A stretch of DNA of 64,000 nucleotides, from assembly GCA_903929315.1 (NCBI GenBank), contig CAIYUC010000152.1, positions 14,624-78,623 of the forward strand, given 5' to 3'. Source of the stretch: an uncultured Bacteroidales bacterium. Lineage in GTDB: Bacteria; Bacteroidota; Bacteroidia; Bacteroidales; FEN-979. Shown here piece by piece: positions 28,664 through 37,719 of this stretch. Below the pieces are notes generated by a model that did not search any database, was not told the origin of the DNA, and worked only from the letters and a program-made list of their open reading frames with translations. The first letter of the stretch is position 1; each line of letters opens with the position of its first letter. The translations under genes were made by a program, and so were the position numbers.

Positions 28664-29740
28664 ATGATAACCCAAAATAATATCTTGGACGCACTTCGTC
28701 ATGTTCTTGATCCTGATCTGAAAAAAGATATAGTGACATTGAATATGATCGATACTATTCAGATCGAAGGGAAAAAAGTTTCTTTCAGGTTTATCCTTAC
28801 AACACCGGCCTGTCCCCTGAAAAACCAATTACAAAAGGCCTGCATTGATGCAATCCACAGGTATGTTGATAATGATCTTGAGGTAAATATTGAGATGACA
28901 TCGAAAGTCACTACATTCAGATCAGAAACAGAAAATATTTTGAAAGAGGTTAAAAATATCATAGCAATTGCTTCAGGAAAAGGAGGAGTCGGCAAATCCA
29001 CAGTGGCCGTAAATCTTGCCATTTCTTTGGCAAAATCAGGAGCCAGGGTAGGACTGATCGATGCCGATATTTATGGCCCATCCGTTCCAATTATGTTTGG
29101 AATGCTGCATGAACGGCCTTTTACAGTTGAAAAAAACGGAAAGACCGTGATCATTCCATTAGAGAAATATGGGATTAAGCTCCTTTCTATTGGGTTTTTT
29201 GTTGATCAGACAAAAGCCCTTATCTGGCGGGGACCCATGGCATCAATGGCAATAAAACAGTTATTTACAGACGCTGACTGGGGAGGGTTGGATTATATGA
29301 TTGTAGATCTTCCTCCGGGAACCGGTGACATTGCCCTAACACTGGTACAAGACTTCCCTCTGACCGGTGCCATCATTGTTAGTACTCCTCAACAGGTTGC
29401 TTTAGCCGATGTCAGAAAAGCAGCAGATATGTTCAATAATGACAGAATCCGGATACCGCTTCTGGGTATCATTGAAAATATGTCTTATTTCAGCACGCCT
29501 GAGCTGCCTGATAAGAAATTTTATATCTTTGGCAAAGATGGTTGCAAAAAGTTTGCTGAAGAAATTGATATCCCGCTTTTAGGACAAATCCCCATCGTTC
29601 CTGCTATTACCGAATCAGGAGATGAAGGAAATCCAATTGCAACGGATGAAAAATCACTGACAGCAATCGCTTTTAATGAAATTGCTAAAAAAGTAGCACA
29701 ACAAATTGCCATCCAAAATGCACTGAAAGTAGCAGTGTGA
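28664..29740 (+). CDS. Mrp/NBP35 family iron-sulfur cluster carrier ATPase (ApbC-like)
   Basis: 358 aa. N-terminal DUF59-like segment, deviant Walker A IAIASGKGGVGKST and DLPPGTGD. Confidence 0.9.
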   Translation: MITQNNILDALRHVLDPDLKKDIVTLNMIDTIQIEGKKVSFRFILTTPACPLKNQLQKACIDAIHRYVDNDLEVNIEMTSKVTTFRSETENILKEVKNIIAIASGKGGVGKSTVAVNLAISLAKSGARVGLIDADIYGPSVPIMFGMLHERPFTVEKNGKTVIIPLEKYGIKLLSIGFFVDQTKALIWRGPMASMAIKQLFTDADWGGLDYMIVDLPPGTGDIALTLVQDFPLTGAIIVSTPQQVALADVRKAADMFNNDRIRIPLLGIIENMSYFSTPELPDKKFYIFGKDGCKKFAEEIDIPLLGQIPIVPAITESGDEGNPIATDEKSLTAIAFNEIAKKVAQQIAIQNALKVAV

Positions 29741-29759
29741 AGTAAATATAATATATTCT

Positions 29760-30014
29760 ATGATGAATCAAAAAGAAGAACTCGAAACGAAGGTAATACA
29801 CGTTATTGATCAGATAAGACCATATCTGCAGGCAGATGGGGGAGATGTTGAATTTGTCGGATTAATGGAAGATAATACTGTTACCATCCGGTTGCTTGGT
29901 TCTTGCGGAAATTGCCCATACAGTGTTCAGACTTTGAAAAACGGTATAGAAACTGCAATGGTCAAGGCTATTCCCGAGATCAGGGCAGTCGAGGCTGTTA
30001 GCTTAGATATCTAG
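29760..30014 (+). CDS. NifU-like Fe-S cluster domain protein
   Basis: 84 aa. IRPYLQADGGDVEFV and GSCGNCPYS (CxxC). Confidence 0.8.
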   Translation: MMNQKEELETKVIHVIDQIRPYLQADGGDVEFVGLMEDNTVTIRLLGSCGNCPYSVQTLKNGIETAMVKAIPEIRAVEAVSLDI

Positions 30015-31647
30015 CAACAATTGGCATTCTCCGGCCCATTCCAAAAGCTTTGGGGGAAATACGCAATATCGGCGGTGTTTGGAATCGTTTATATTCATTG
30101 GTATTGACCAGTTTCAGCACTTTCCTGACGGTAGCCTCGTCAAATCCTTCCTTTATCAGATCATTCGGTCCTTTCCTTTGTTCGATATACCGGTAAAGGA
30201 TCTGATCAAGAATCTTATATTCAGGGAGTGAGTCTGAATCTTTTTGCCCAGGTCTTAACTCTGCAGACGGAGGCTTGATCATAGTATTTGCCGGGATGAT
30301 CTCTTTTTTCCTGTTAATGAACTGTGCCATTTCATAAACTTGTGTCTTATAAAGATCACCCACTACCGATATTCCCCCACACATATCCCCATATAAGGTG
30401 CCATAACCAACGGCAATTTCACTTTTATTTGAGGTGTTCAAAAGGATATACCCGAATTTGTTGGAGAGAGCCATTAGTATCACAGCCCTGATCCGGGCCT
30501 GGAGATTTTCCTCGGTTAGATTGAATGACAATCCTTTAAAGATAGGTGAAAGTGTATTTTCAAAGATTTGAAAAGCTTCTTCGATGGATATGATGTCATG
30601 GCTTACATTGAGATTATCAGCCAATTCAATCGCATCTCTTACACTATGTTCCGAGGAAAACTTTGAAGGTAATAATACGGCTTTCACATGCTCACTTCCC
30701 AATGCCCTGGCTGCGAGGACCAGTGTTACTGCTGAATCGATCCCGCCGGAAAGCCCTAAAATGGCCTTGGGAAATCCCATCTTAAGGAAATAATCCCTGA
30801 TTCCCATGACCAAAGCATCATGGATCAGTTCGATCCTGGGTTTAGAAGTCTTATCCCTGATCTCCTCCTTCTGCTGTTTGTAAAGGAAATCATTTAAATT
30901 ATAAACCCGGAGATCTTCCCCGAAATAATTAAGTTCATCGAAAATACTCCCGTCGGGACTGATCACAAGGGAAGCCCCGTCAAATAAAAGCTCTGTCTGG
31001 GCGCCGACATGGTTCACATAGAAAAGAGGGATTCCATAGATCTTTGCCGTTCTGGTCAAAACATCCTTTCTTACAGTTTCCTGTTCATAATGAAATGGGG
31101 AAGCAGAAATATTGATAATCAAATCAGGATTTAGTTTTGACAGATCTTCCATCGGGTTTCTGATATACAAAGGATTGTCAAAAGTGGTCCAAAGATCTTC
31201 ACATATCGTTATTGCAAAACGGTACTTTTTGTATTCTATCACATGATATGGCTGCCGGTTGGGCTCAAAATAGCGGTATTCATCAAACACATCATAATTG
31301 GGTAGAAGAGTCTTATTTGAAATTGATTGAATTTTCCCTTCCGAGAGAAAAAATGCAGAATTATATAACGGTTTCCCCTTTTCTGCAGGGTTTATCGAAG
31401 GAGATCCCACGATTGCCGCAATATCCCTGCATTCTTCAGCAATTGATTCAATGGAAGTATAACATTTCCGGATAAAATCATCAAATTCAAGAAAATCACG
31501 TGGCGGATAACCGCAAACAGCAAGTTCGGCAAATACAACGACATCTGCGAGTTGCTTCTTTCCCTCTTGGATCGCCGCTTTGATCTTTGAAACATTCCCT
31601 TCAAAATCCCCGATGTGATAATTTATCTGTGCTAATGCAATCCTCAT
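29998..31647 (-). CDS. nadE: NAD+ synthase (glutamine-hydrolysing)
   Basis: 549 aa. N-terminal CN-hydrolase domain (MRIALAQIN...FAELAVCGYPP...ICEDLW) and C-terminal synthetase with the PP-loop LGLSGGIDSAV. Confidence 0.92.
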   Translation of the reverse strand: MRIALAQINYHIGDFEGNVSKIKAAIQEGKKQLADVVVFAELAVCGYPPRDFLEFDDFIRKCYTSIESIAEECRDIAAIVGSPSINPAEKGKPLYNSAFFLSEGKIQSISNKTLLPNYDVFDEYRYFEPNRQPYHVIEYKKYRFAITICEDLWTTFDNPLYIRNPMEDLSKLNPDLIINISASPFHYEQETVRKDVLTRTAKIYGIPLFYVNHVGAQTELLFDGASLVISPDGSIFDELNYFGEDLRVYNLNDFLYKQQKEEIRDKTSKPRIELIHDALVMGIRDYFLKMGFPKAILGLSGGIDSAVTLVLAARALGSEHVKAVLLPSKFSSEHSVRDAIELADNLNVSHDIISIEEAFQIFENTLSPIFKGLSFNLTEENLQARIRAVILMALSNKFGYILLNTSNKSEIAVGYGTLYGDMCGGISVVGDLYKTQVYEMAQFINRKKEIIPANTMIKPPSAELRPGQKDSDSLPEYKILDQILYRYIEQRKGPNDLIKEGFDEATVRKVLKLVNTNEYKRFQTPPILRISPKAFGMGRRMPIVARYLS

Positions 31648-31690
31648 TTTTCGCTACCTTACTTCCTTATGAAACACTTCATCTTTGCCA

Positions 31691-31852
31691 GGGGGTGTCC
31701 AATAAGTTTCTTTTTTTCTCGCAGATTTCCGCAGATTAATTGCAGATTTTCGCAGAATGTTGAAAACAAGAGTTTTAACTTTGCGTGACTCTGCGTTTAA
31801 CTCAGCGAAACTCAGCGAGAAACATTAACTTTCCAACTTATTAGACAACCCC
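31691..31852. repeat. 162-bp imperfect palindromic element with 18-bp terminal inverted repeats (MITE/REP-like)
   Basis: The left end gggggtgtccaataagtt matches the reverse complement of the right end (ggggttgtctaataagtt) at 16 of 18 positions. The interior carries the doublets cgcagatttccgcagat, tgcagattttcgcaga, ttgcgtgactctgcgt and ctcagcgaaactcagcga, and the inner pair ttctcgc/gcgagaa. Confidence 0.75.
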
Positions 31853-31867
31853 AAGTGGGGTGAGGTA

Positions 31868-32569
31868 TTAAAAAAGAACCCCGATATTTAATTCAGCATA
31901 ATTCAAAAGCCCTTGTGCACTAACGTCAGGATATTTTAAATTATTACCGATAAGAACATTATTTAAACTATTGCTATAGGAGAACCCCAAAAGGAGCGTT
32001 GTTGACTCATCGACATGAAATTCGGTACCAATTCCAATGAGAACCGCTTCCCTGATCTGGGTTGTTTTATTTGCAATATCATTTTTATCGCTGACAGACT
32101 CCTGATTAGTTGGTTGAAAGTCATCCTTTGATCTTGCTTTTAACCTGAATGCAGTTCCAAAACCGACCTGAGCATAAAAATCAAATTTTCCAAACGCTTT
32201 GGTCTTCATTTTCAGCATTAAAGGAATTTCCAGGTAGGTGAAATTATATTTTCTGGATAATGTCCCCGTATCCTTAACAGTTTTTCCATCGAGTAATTGA
32301 ATATCCGGATATTTAAGTTTTCCGTTTAAAAACATAAAATTAAAACCGGTTGAAAACGCATAATGTTCCAGGAAATAAAACTCGCTGACAAAACCAACGG
32401 TTATACCCCCGGAGATCCCATCATTATTATAATGTTTTGCATCGGAGTTCATCCAACCAATGTCCGGTGAGACCCTGAGTCCCAGTTTTACGGGTAACTT
32501 CTGTGCAAAGACTGTATTCGATAATAAAATCAGAACGAATACGCTCCATCCAATGATGTTTCTCTTCAT
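31868..32569 (-). CDS. outer-membrane beta-barrel (porin family) protein
   Basis: 233 aa. Signal peptide, alternating hydrophobic strands and a C-terminal ...LNIGVLF ending in Phe. Confidence 0.65.
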   Translation of the reverse strand: MKRNIIGWSVFVLILLSNTVFAQKLPVKLGLRVSPDIGWMNSDAKHYNNDGISGGITVGFVSEFYFLEHYAFSTGFNFMFLNGKLKYPDIQLLDGKTVKDTGTLSRKYNFTYLEIPLMLKMKTKAFGKFDFYAQVGFGTAFRLKARSKDDFQPTNQESVSDKNDIANKTTQIREAVLIGIGTEFHVDESTTLLLGFSYSNSLNNVLIGNNLKYPDVSAQGLLNYAELNIGVLF

Positions 32570-32745
32570 TTCTTTTTAGGTTTAATGATTCCGCTGATGA
32601 ATGCCATTTAAACAAATATACATATTTGGGAGAAAAGTCAGAAAGATTTTACATATTTTTATCCAAAAGTATTCAACCATCATGAATGTCCTTTATGTAA
32701 TAATCACCGTGCACTCCCGTTCTTATTAGTCTAAATGACAGAACC

Positions 32746-33750
32746 ATGTTGAAAAAAGCTTCCCCATTCATCTTGATTTTTCTGTTATTAATTTCTGCCT
32801 GTACCCGGCAGAAAGATAAACGAATTCATATTGATGTTTCACAAGTCACTCTTCAGGCGGTAAAAATTCACCGTTACGATGTCGATCTCTTTAAGGTTTC
32901 TCCGAATGATATTAAAACCGGGCTCGAATCCATAAAAAACGAATACAAGCTGTTCCTGGGCACCAATCTGTCAGATCCGGTGAAATTAGAAGAAATGAGA
33001 TCTTATCTTTCGAATGAAAGGAATCTTGATTTTCATCGTGCCTGTGATGCAAAGTTTAAAGATATCAGCGAACTGGAGAAGGATATGACCATTGCTTTTA
33101 AACATTTTAAGTTCTATTACCCTGAAGTGAAAATCCCCCTGGTTTATTCTTATATTTCCGGTGGTGATTATGAACATCCCGTTCAGATAACTGACAGCGC
33201 CATGATCATTGCTCTTGATACATACCTTGGCAAGGATTTTAAACCCTATCTTGCCGATGGTGTTCCTGTATATAAAACCATCAGGATGACACCCCGTCAT
33301 ATTCTTCCGGATTGTATGAAAGCCCTAGTTGACAGGGTTTATCAGGGGAATCCTCAGAACAGTAACCTGCTGGGACAAATGATCGAAGCAGGAAAAAAGC
33401 AGTATTTCGTGGATGCAATGATACCGGACTTTCCTGGAGACCTCAAGATAGGATATACCCCCGCTCAATTTGATTGGATCACCCGGAATGAATCCCATAT
33501 CTGGGCTGCTATTATAGAGAACCGGATGTTATATTCCACAGATAACCATCTGATCCGTGTATTTATGTCGGATGGTCCTTTTACACCTGAGTTTTCCAAA
33601 GATTCACCTTCCCGTTTGGGCGAATGGATTGGCTGGCAGATAGTAAAAGCTTATATGGACGAAAACCCGGATGTCACTCTTAAGCAATTGATGGAAGAAA
33701 ACGATTCCCAGAAGATATTAACACTTTCCGCATACAAACCGGGGAAATAA
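32746..33750 (+). CDS. gldB: gliding-motility lipoprotein GldB-like
   Basis: 334 aa. Lipoprotein signal LLLISAC, and size and sequence style match my recollection of the GldB family. Not verifiable here. Confidence 0.5.
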   Translation: MLKKASPFILIFLLLISACTRQKDKRIHIDVSQVTLQAVKIHRYDVDLFKVSPNDIKTGLESIKNEYKLFLGTNLSDPVKLEEMRSYLSNERNLDFHRACDAKFKDISELEKDMTIAFKHFKFYYPEVKIPLVYSYISGGDYEHPVQITDSAMIIALDTYLGKDFKPYLADGVPVYKTIRMTPRHILPDCMKALVDRVYQGNPQNSNLLGQMIEAGKKQYFVDAMIPDFPGDLKIGYTPAQFDWITRNESHIWAAIIENRMLYSTDNHLIRVFMSDGPFTPEFSKDSPSRLGEWIGWQIVKAYMDENPDVTLKQLMEENDSQKILTLSAYKPGK

Positions 33751-33865
33751 TCTCCTGTTTCCCATCCCTTAATTAAAAAAGTTTAAAAAAAATGCCCGGG
33801 AATGTATTACCTTTTGCATGCAAGTCCGATTAAGCTATCATGAACCCCATGATGATTTTTGAACT

Positions 33866-35404
33866 ATGCTTGTAAAGACATTTGGTAGTGCATTATTCGG
33901 AATCCACGCCATCACTATAACAGTTGAGGTAAACATTGACATAGGCGTTAATTTTCTTATGGTCGGTTTACCGGATGTTGCCGTAAAAGAGAGTCAGCAA
34001 CGCATAGATTCAGCGCTGCGAAACTACGGTTATAAAATTCCCGGGAAAAAGGTGGTCATTAATATGGCTCCGGCCGATATCCGTAAAGAGGGATCTTCCT
34101 ATGATCTGACGATTGCTGTTGGAATTCTCGCTGCCGATAAGATCATTAAAGAGGATAAGTTGTCATCATTTATGATCATGGGAGAACTATCACTCGATGG
34201 CAGTCTTCAACCTATAAAAGGTGCATTATCCATTGCGATTGAGGCGCAAAAGAAAGGGTTTAAAGGTATAATCCTTCCGCTTCAGAATGCGCGTGAGGCA
34301 GCCATAGTCAATAAACTTGAAACCTTTGGAGTGGAAAACATCAAGCAGGTTATAGATTTCCTGAATGATGAGTTAAAATTGGAACGAACGATTGTCGATA
34401 CAAGGGCTGAATTTTATTCACAGGTCAGTGAATATGAACATGATTTTGCAGATGTGAGGGGGCAGGAGAATATCAAAAGAGCGTTGGAGATCGCGGCAGC
34501 AGGGGGGCATAACGTTGTTTTGATAGGGCCGCCGGGAGCGGGGAAGACGATGCTGGCGAAGAGGTTGCCCTCGATCCTGCCTCCTTTGAATCTGCAGGAA
34601 GCCCTTGAAACGACCAAGATCCATTCAGTCGCCGGAAAATTAGGAACCCATCATGCCCTGATCTCCAGGCGACCCTTCCGCTCGCCGCATCATACCATCA
34701 GCGATGTGGCGTTGGTAGGAGGCGGAGGGATCCCGCAGCCTGGGGAGATCTCACTTGCACATAATGGAGTGTTGTTCCTTGATGAATTGCCCGAGTTTAA
34801 AAGAACGGTCCTTGAAGTACTCCGGCAACCATTGGAGGATAGGGTTATCACCATCTCCAGGGCAAAATTCTCTGTCGATTATCCTGCCAGCTTTATGCTG
34901 ATCGCAGCCATGAATCCCTGCCCGTGCGGATATTATAATCATCCGCATACTCAATGTTTGTGCGGGCCCGGGAATGTTCAGAAATATCTGAACAAAATAT
35001 CCGGTCCTCTCTTCGACCGCATCGACATCCACATCGAAGTAATCCCTGTCCCATTCAGGGAATTAAGCAGTGCAAGAGCATCGGAGAAAAGTGATAAGAT
35101 AAGGGAAAGAGTGATTGAAGCCAGGCAGATCCAGGAAAAACGTTTCGAAGGTATAACCGACACTCACTGTAATGCCCAGATGTCATCAAAGCTGCTCCGT
35201 AAAGTTTGCAGGCTGGATGATGCCTGCAATGCCATCCTGAAGGTTGCCATGGAAAAGCTTGGTCTTTCGGCACGTGCATTTGACAGGATCATAAAAGTTT
35301 CCAGGACAATTGCAGATATTGATAAACAGCCTGAGATAAAAGCTGAACATATGGCGGAAGCGATACAATATCGTAGTCTCGATAGAGAAAGTTGGGGCAA
35401 GTAG
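33866..35404 (+). CDS. comM: YifB/ComM family Mg-chelatase-like AAA+ ATPase (intact copy)
   Basis: 512 aa. N-terminal Lon-protease-like domain, Walker A GPPGAGKTMLA, Walker [11 protein letters not shown], the PCPCGY zinc motif and a C-terminal Mg-chelatase domain. Confidence 0.9.
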   Translation: MLVKTFGSALFGIHAITITVEVNIDIGVNFLMVGLPDVAVKESQQRIDSALRNYGYKIPGKKVVINMAPADIRKEGSSYDLTIAVGILAADKIIKEDKLSSFMIMGELSLDGSLQPIKGALSIAIEAQKKGFKGIILPLQNAREAAIVNKLETFGVENIKQVIDFLNDELKLERTIVDTRAEFYSQVSEYEHDFADVRGQENIKRALEIAAAGGHNVVLIGPPGAGKTMLAKRLPSILPPLNLQEALETTKIHSVAGKLGTHHALISRRPFRSPHHTISDVALVGGGGIPQPGEISLAHNGVLFLDELPEFKRTVLEVLRQPLEDRVITISRAKFSVDYPASFMLIAAMNPCPCGYYNHPHTQCLCGPGNVQKYLNKISGPLFDRIDIHIEVIPVPFRELSSARASEKSDKIRERVIEARQIQEKRFEGITDTHCNAQMSSKLLRKVCRLDDACNAILKVAMEKLGLSARAFDRIIKVSRTIADIDKQPEIKAEHMAEAIQYRSLDRESWGK

Positions 35405-35423
35405 CTTTGGGCCCCTATCCCCG

Positions 35424-35449
35424 GCCCTTCCCCCTCCTGGGAGAAGGGC
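35424..35449. repeat. GC-rich stem-loop on the left flank of the DUF559 gene
   Basis: gcccttc / gaagggc 7-bp stem. Contains the 10-mer cccttccccc that recurs at 35874. Confidence 0.7.
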
Positions 35450-35452
35450 GCA

Positions 35453-35914
35453 ATGAACTATACATTTTTTAAAGTTAACAGTATGGCTAAATTGAGTGGT
35501 GGAGAAAATTTTCCGATTTATTTCGGAGCAAAACCCGAATTGTTCAAAATAGCCGGTGATCTAAGGGTTTATATGACAAAATCTGAGCGGCTTCTTTGGG
35601 CTCAATTAAGGAAAAGGAAACTTTTAAGATTCAAATTTCGCCGTCAGCATCCCTTCCATGAAATTATCCTTGACTTTTTCTGTTACGATGCAAAGCTATC
35701 GATTGAAGTGGATGGAGCGATTCATAATGACTTTTATCAAAAAGAAAGAGATCGGGAAAGAACATTTATCTTGAAAAAGTTTGGAATCACAGAACTAAGG
35801 TTTTCAAACTGGGAAGTAGAAAATCAAATTGAAATAGTGCTCGATAAGATTATAGAGTATTTGCAGAGATGCTCCCTTCCCCCAAGAGGGGGAAGGGTTG
35901 GGAAAGGGGGCTGA
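35453..35914 (+). CDS. DUF559 (Vsr-like) endonuclease domain protein
   Basis: 153 aa. MTKSERLLWAQLRKRKLLRFKFRRQHPFHEIILDFFCYDAKLSIEVDGAIH...LRFSNWEV matches the DUF559 pattern. The C-terminal PPRGGRVGKGG is translated from the flanking GC hairpin. Confidence 0.8.
   Translation: MNYTFFKVNSMAKLSGGENFPIYFGAKPELFKIAGDLRVYMTKSERLLWAQLRKRKLLRFKFRRQHPFHEIILDFFCYDAKLSIEVDGAIHNDFYQKERDRERTFILKKFGITELRFSNWEVENQIEIVLDKIIEYLQRCSLPPRGGRVGKGG
35874..35897. repeat. perfect GC-rich hairpin on the right flank of the DUF559 gene
   Basis: cccttccccc-aaga-gggggaaggg, a 10-bp perfect stem with a 4-nt loop. Confidence 0.85.
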
Positions 35915-35918
35915 AAAG

Positions 35919-36800
35919 CCGGGAGCGGGGAAGACGATGCTGGCGAAGAGGTTGCCCTCGATCCTGCCTCCCTTGAATCTGCAGGAAGCCTTGGAAACAA
36001 CCAGGATCCATTCAGTCGCCGGAAAATTAGGGAACCATCATGCCCTGATCTCCAGGAGACCCTTTCGCTCGCCGCATCATACAATCAGTGATGTGGCCCT
36101 GGTCGGAGGTGGAGGAATCCCCCAACCGGGCGAGATCTCCTTGGCGCATAATGGAGTGTTGTTCCTTGATGAACTGCCCGAGTTTAAAAGGACGGTCCTT
36201 GAGGTTCTAAGGCAACCCCTGGAAGACCGGGTTATCACCATCTCGAGGGCGAAATTCTTCGTTGATTATCCAGCCAGCTTTATGCTGATCGCAGCGATGA
36301 ACCCATGCCCGTGCGGGTATTACAATCACCCGCATACGGAATGCCTCTGCGGTCCCGGAAATGTTCAAAAATATCTGAACAGGATTTCCGGTCCTCTCTT
36401 TGATCGCATCGATATCCACATTGAGGTAATCCCTGTCCCATTCAGGGAATTAAGCAATGCAAGAGCATCTGAAAAGAGTGAAACCATCCGGGAGAAGGTT
36501 ATTGAAGCCCGGAAGATCCAGGAAAAAAGGTTTGAAGGTATACCCGGAACTCACTGTAATGCCCAGATGTCATCGAAGCTGCTCCGCAAAGTTTGCAGTC
36601 TTGATGGTGCCTGCAACGCTATCCTGAAGGTTGCCATGGAAAAGCTTGGCCTATCAGCCCGTGCTTTTGACCGCATTATTAAAGTTTCAAGGACGATCGC
36701 GGTTATTGATAAACAGCTGGAGATAAAGGCGGAGCATATGGCGGAGGCAATCCAGTACCGTAGTCTTGACAGGGATATTAGGGGAAAACAGCTCTTTTAA
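35919..36800 (+). pseudogene. comM 3' fragment, copy 2 (from the Walker A codons to the end; no N-terminal ~220 codons)
   Basis: Collinear with 34531-35404. Translates to GAGKTMLAKRLPSILPPLNLQEALETT... with few amino-acid changes but many synonymous ones. No ATG start. The original stop position reads CAG, extending the frame by 3 codons. Confidence 0.8.
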
Positions 36801-37020
36801 TTGCTCGCTGAACCTGCTGTTTTAAAAATGGAAACATACCTGTTTAAATCTTGCTTTTCACCCTTTATCTTCTTATCTTTGACGCATAATTGGGATCATT
36901 GTCTTTGATGATTTACTTAACCTCATATTTTTTTACTGACATTGTTCTCCGGCAACGGACATTATAAAAAAGGTCTCAGTAGAACCAAATAAAAAGGCAA
37001 TCAATTAAAATCAAAAAAAA

Positions 37021-37653
37021 ATGAAAAAACAAATTACTTTTTTAACAATCATTATCACAATGTGCGGCTTTAGTGCACGCTCTCAAACATTGTATAATAC
37101 AAAATGGTCTGTATATGATGCTTCAGGTACTTTCATGGGATATTTTCGTTTTAGCACTGATACATTATCATATAGTTTCGATAATGTTTCATATACAAAT
37201 GAATCGACTTTCCAAGTAAACGGAAATATATTTACTATTCATGACCTCCTTGGAACTGTGTGTACAATTACTGATACAGGGAGATATACATTTCTGATTC
37301 GGAATGATTCATTGAAATTTACTCTTAAAAATGATTTGTGTATATCTCGTTCCTATGCGTTAACTACTCAATATTATGTTGCATTTCATCTTGGCATCCA
37401 TCCAATGAATCAATTGACAACAAATATTTCTGTTTACCCAGATCCTGCAAATGATATAATAACGATAAAAATATCAGGAGAAAAAGCAGGAAACAATTTG
37501 ACAATTATGAATATTGAAGGCCGGAAGCTCATCGACCGACAGATCACCGGGTCTTCAACCCAGATTGACATTAGCACTCTGCCCAGCGGGGTTTATTTTG
37601 TGCGGATGACTAATCACAGGACAGTGCCGGTGGGTAAATTCATTAAAAATTAA
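37021..37653 (+). CDS. small secreted protein with T9SS C-terminal sorting domain
   Basis: 210 aa. Signal peptide and a C-terminal VYPDPANDIITIKI...LPSGVYFVRMTN...GKFIKN tail. Low GC relative to the flanking comM fragments. Confidence 0.65.
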   Translation: MKKQITFLTIIITMCGFSARSQTLYNTKWSVYDASGTFMGYFRFSTDTLSYSFDNVSYTNESTFQVNGNIFTIHDLLGTVCTITDTGRYTFLIRNDSLKFTLKNDLCISRSYALTTQYYVAFHLGIHPMNQLTTNISVYPDPANDIITIKISGEKAGNNLTIMNIEGRKLIDRQITGSSTQIDISTLPSGVYFVRMTNHRTVPVGKFIKN

Positions 37654-37719
37654 GCCTGCCGATTTGTAAGTGTCTGAAATTCAATTTTAATAATCACCAC
37701 CTTTTAAGATACTACAACA

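Noticed and set aside
31716-31822. Possible CRISPR-like or tandem-repeat array, because of the repeated cgcagat and ctcagcga words.
   Set aside because: The repeats are 7-8 nt doublets inside one palindromic element. They are not 25-40 nt direct repeats separated by unique spacers, and no cas genes are present.
35824-36084. 86-codon minus-strand ORF rich in Pro, Ser and Arg.
   Set aside because: It spans the GC-rich hairpin and the antisense of comM copy 2. Its composition is an artefact of the GC-rich repeat.
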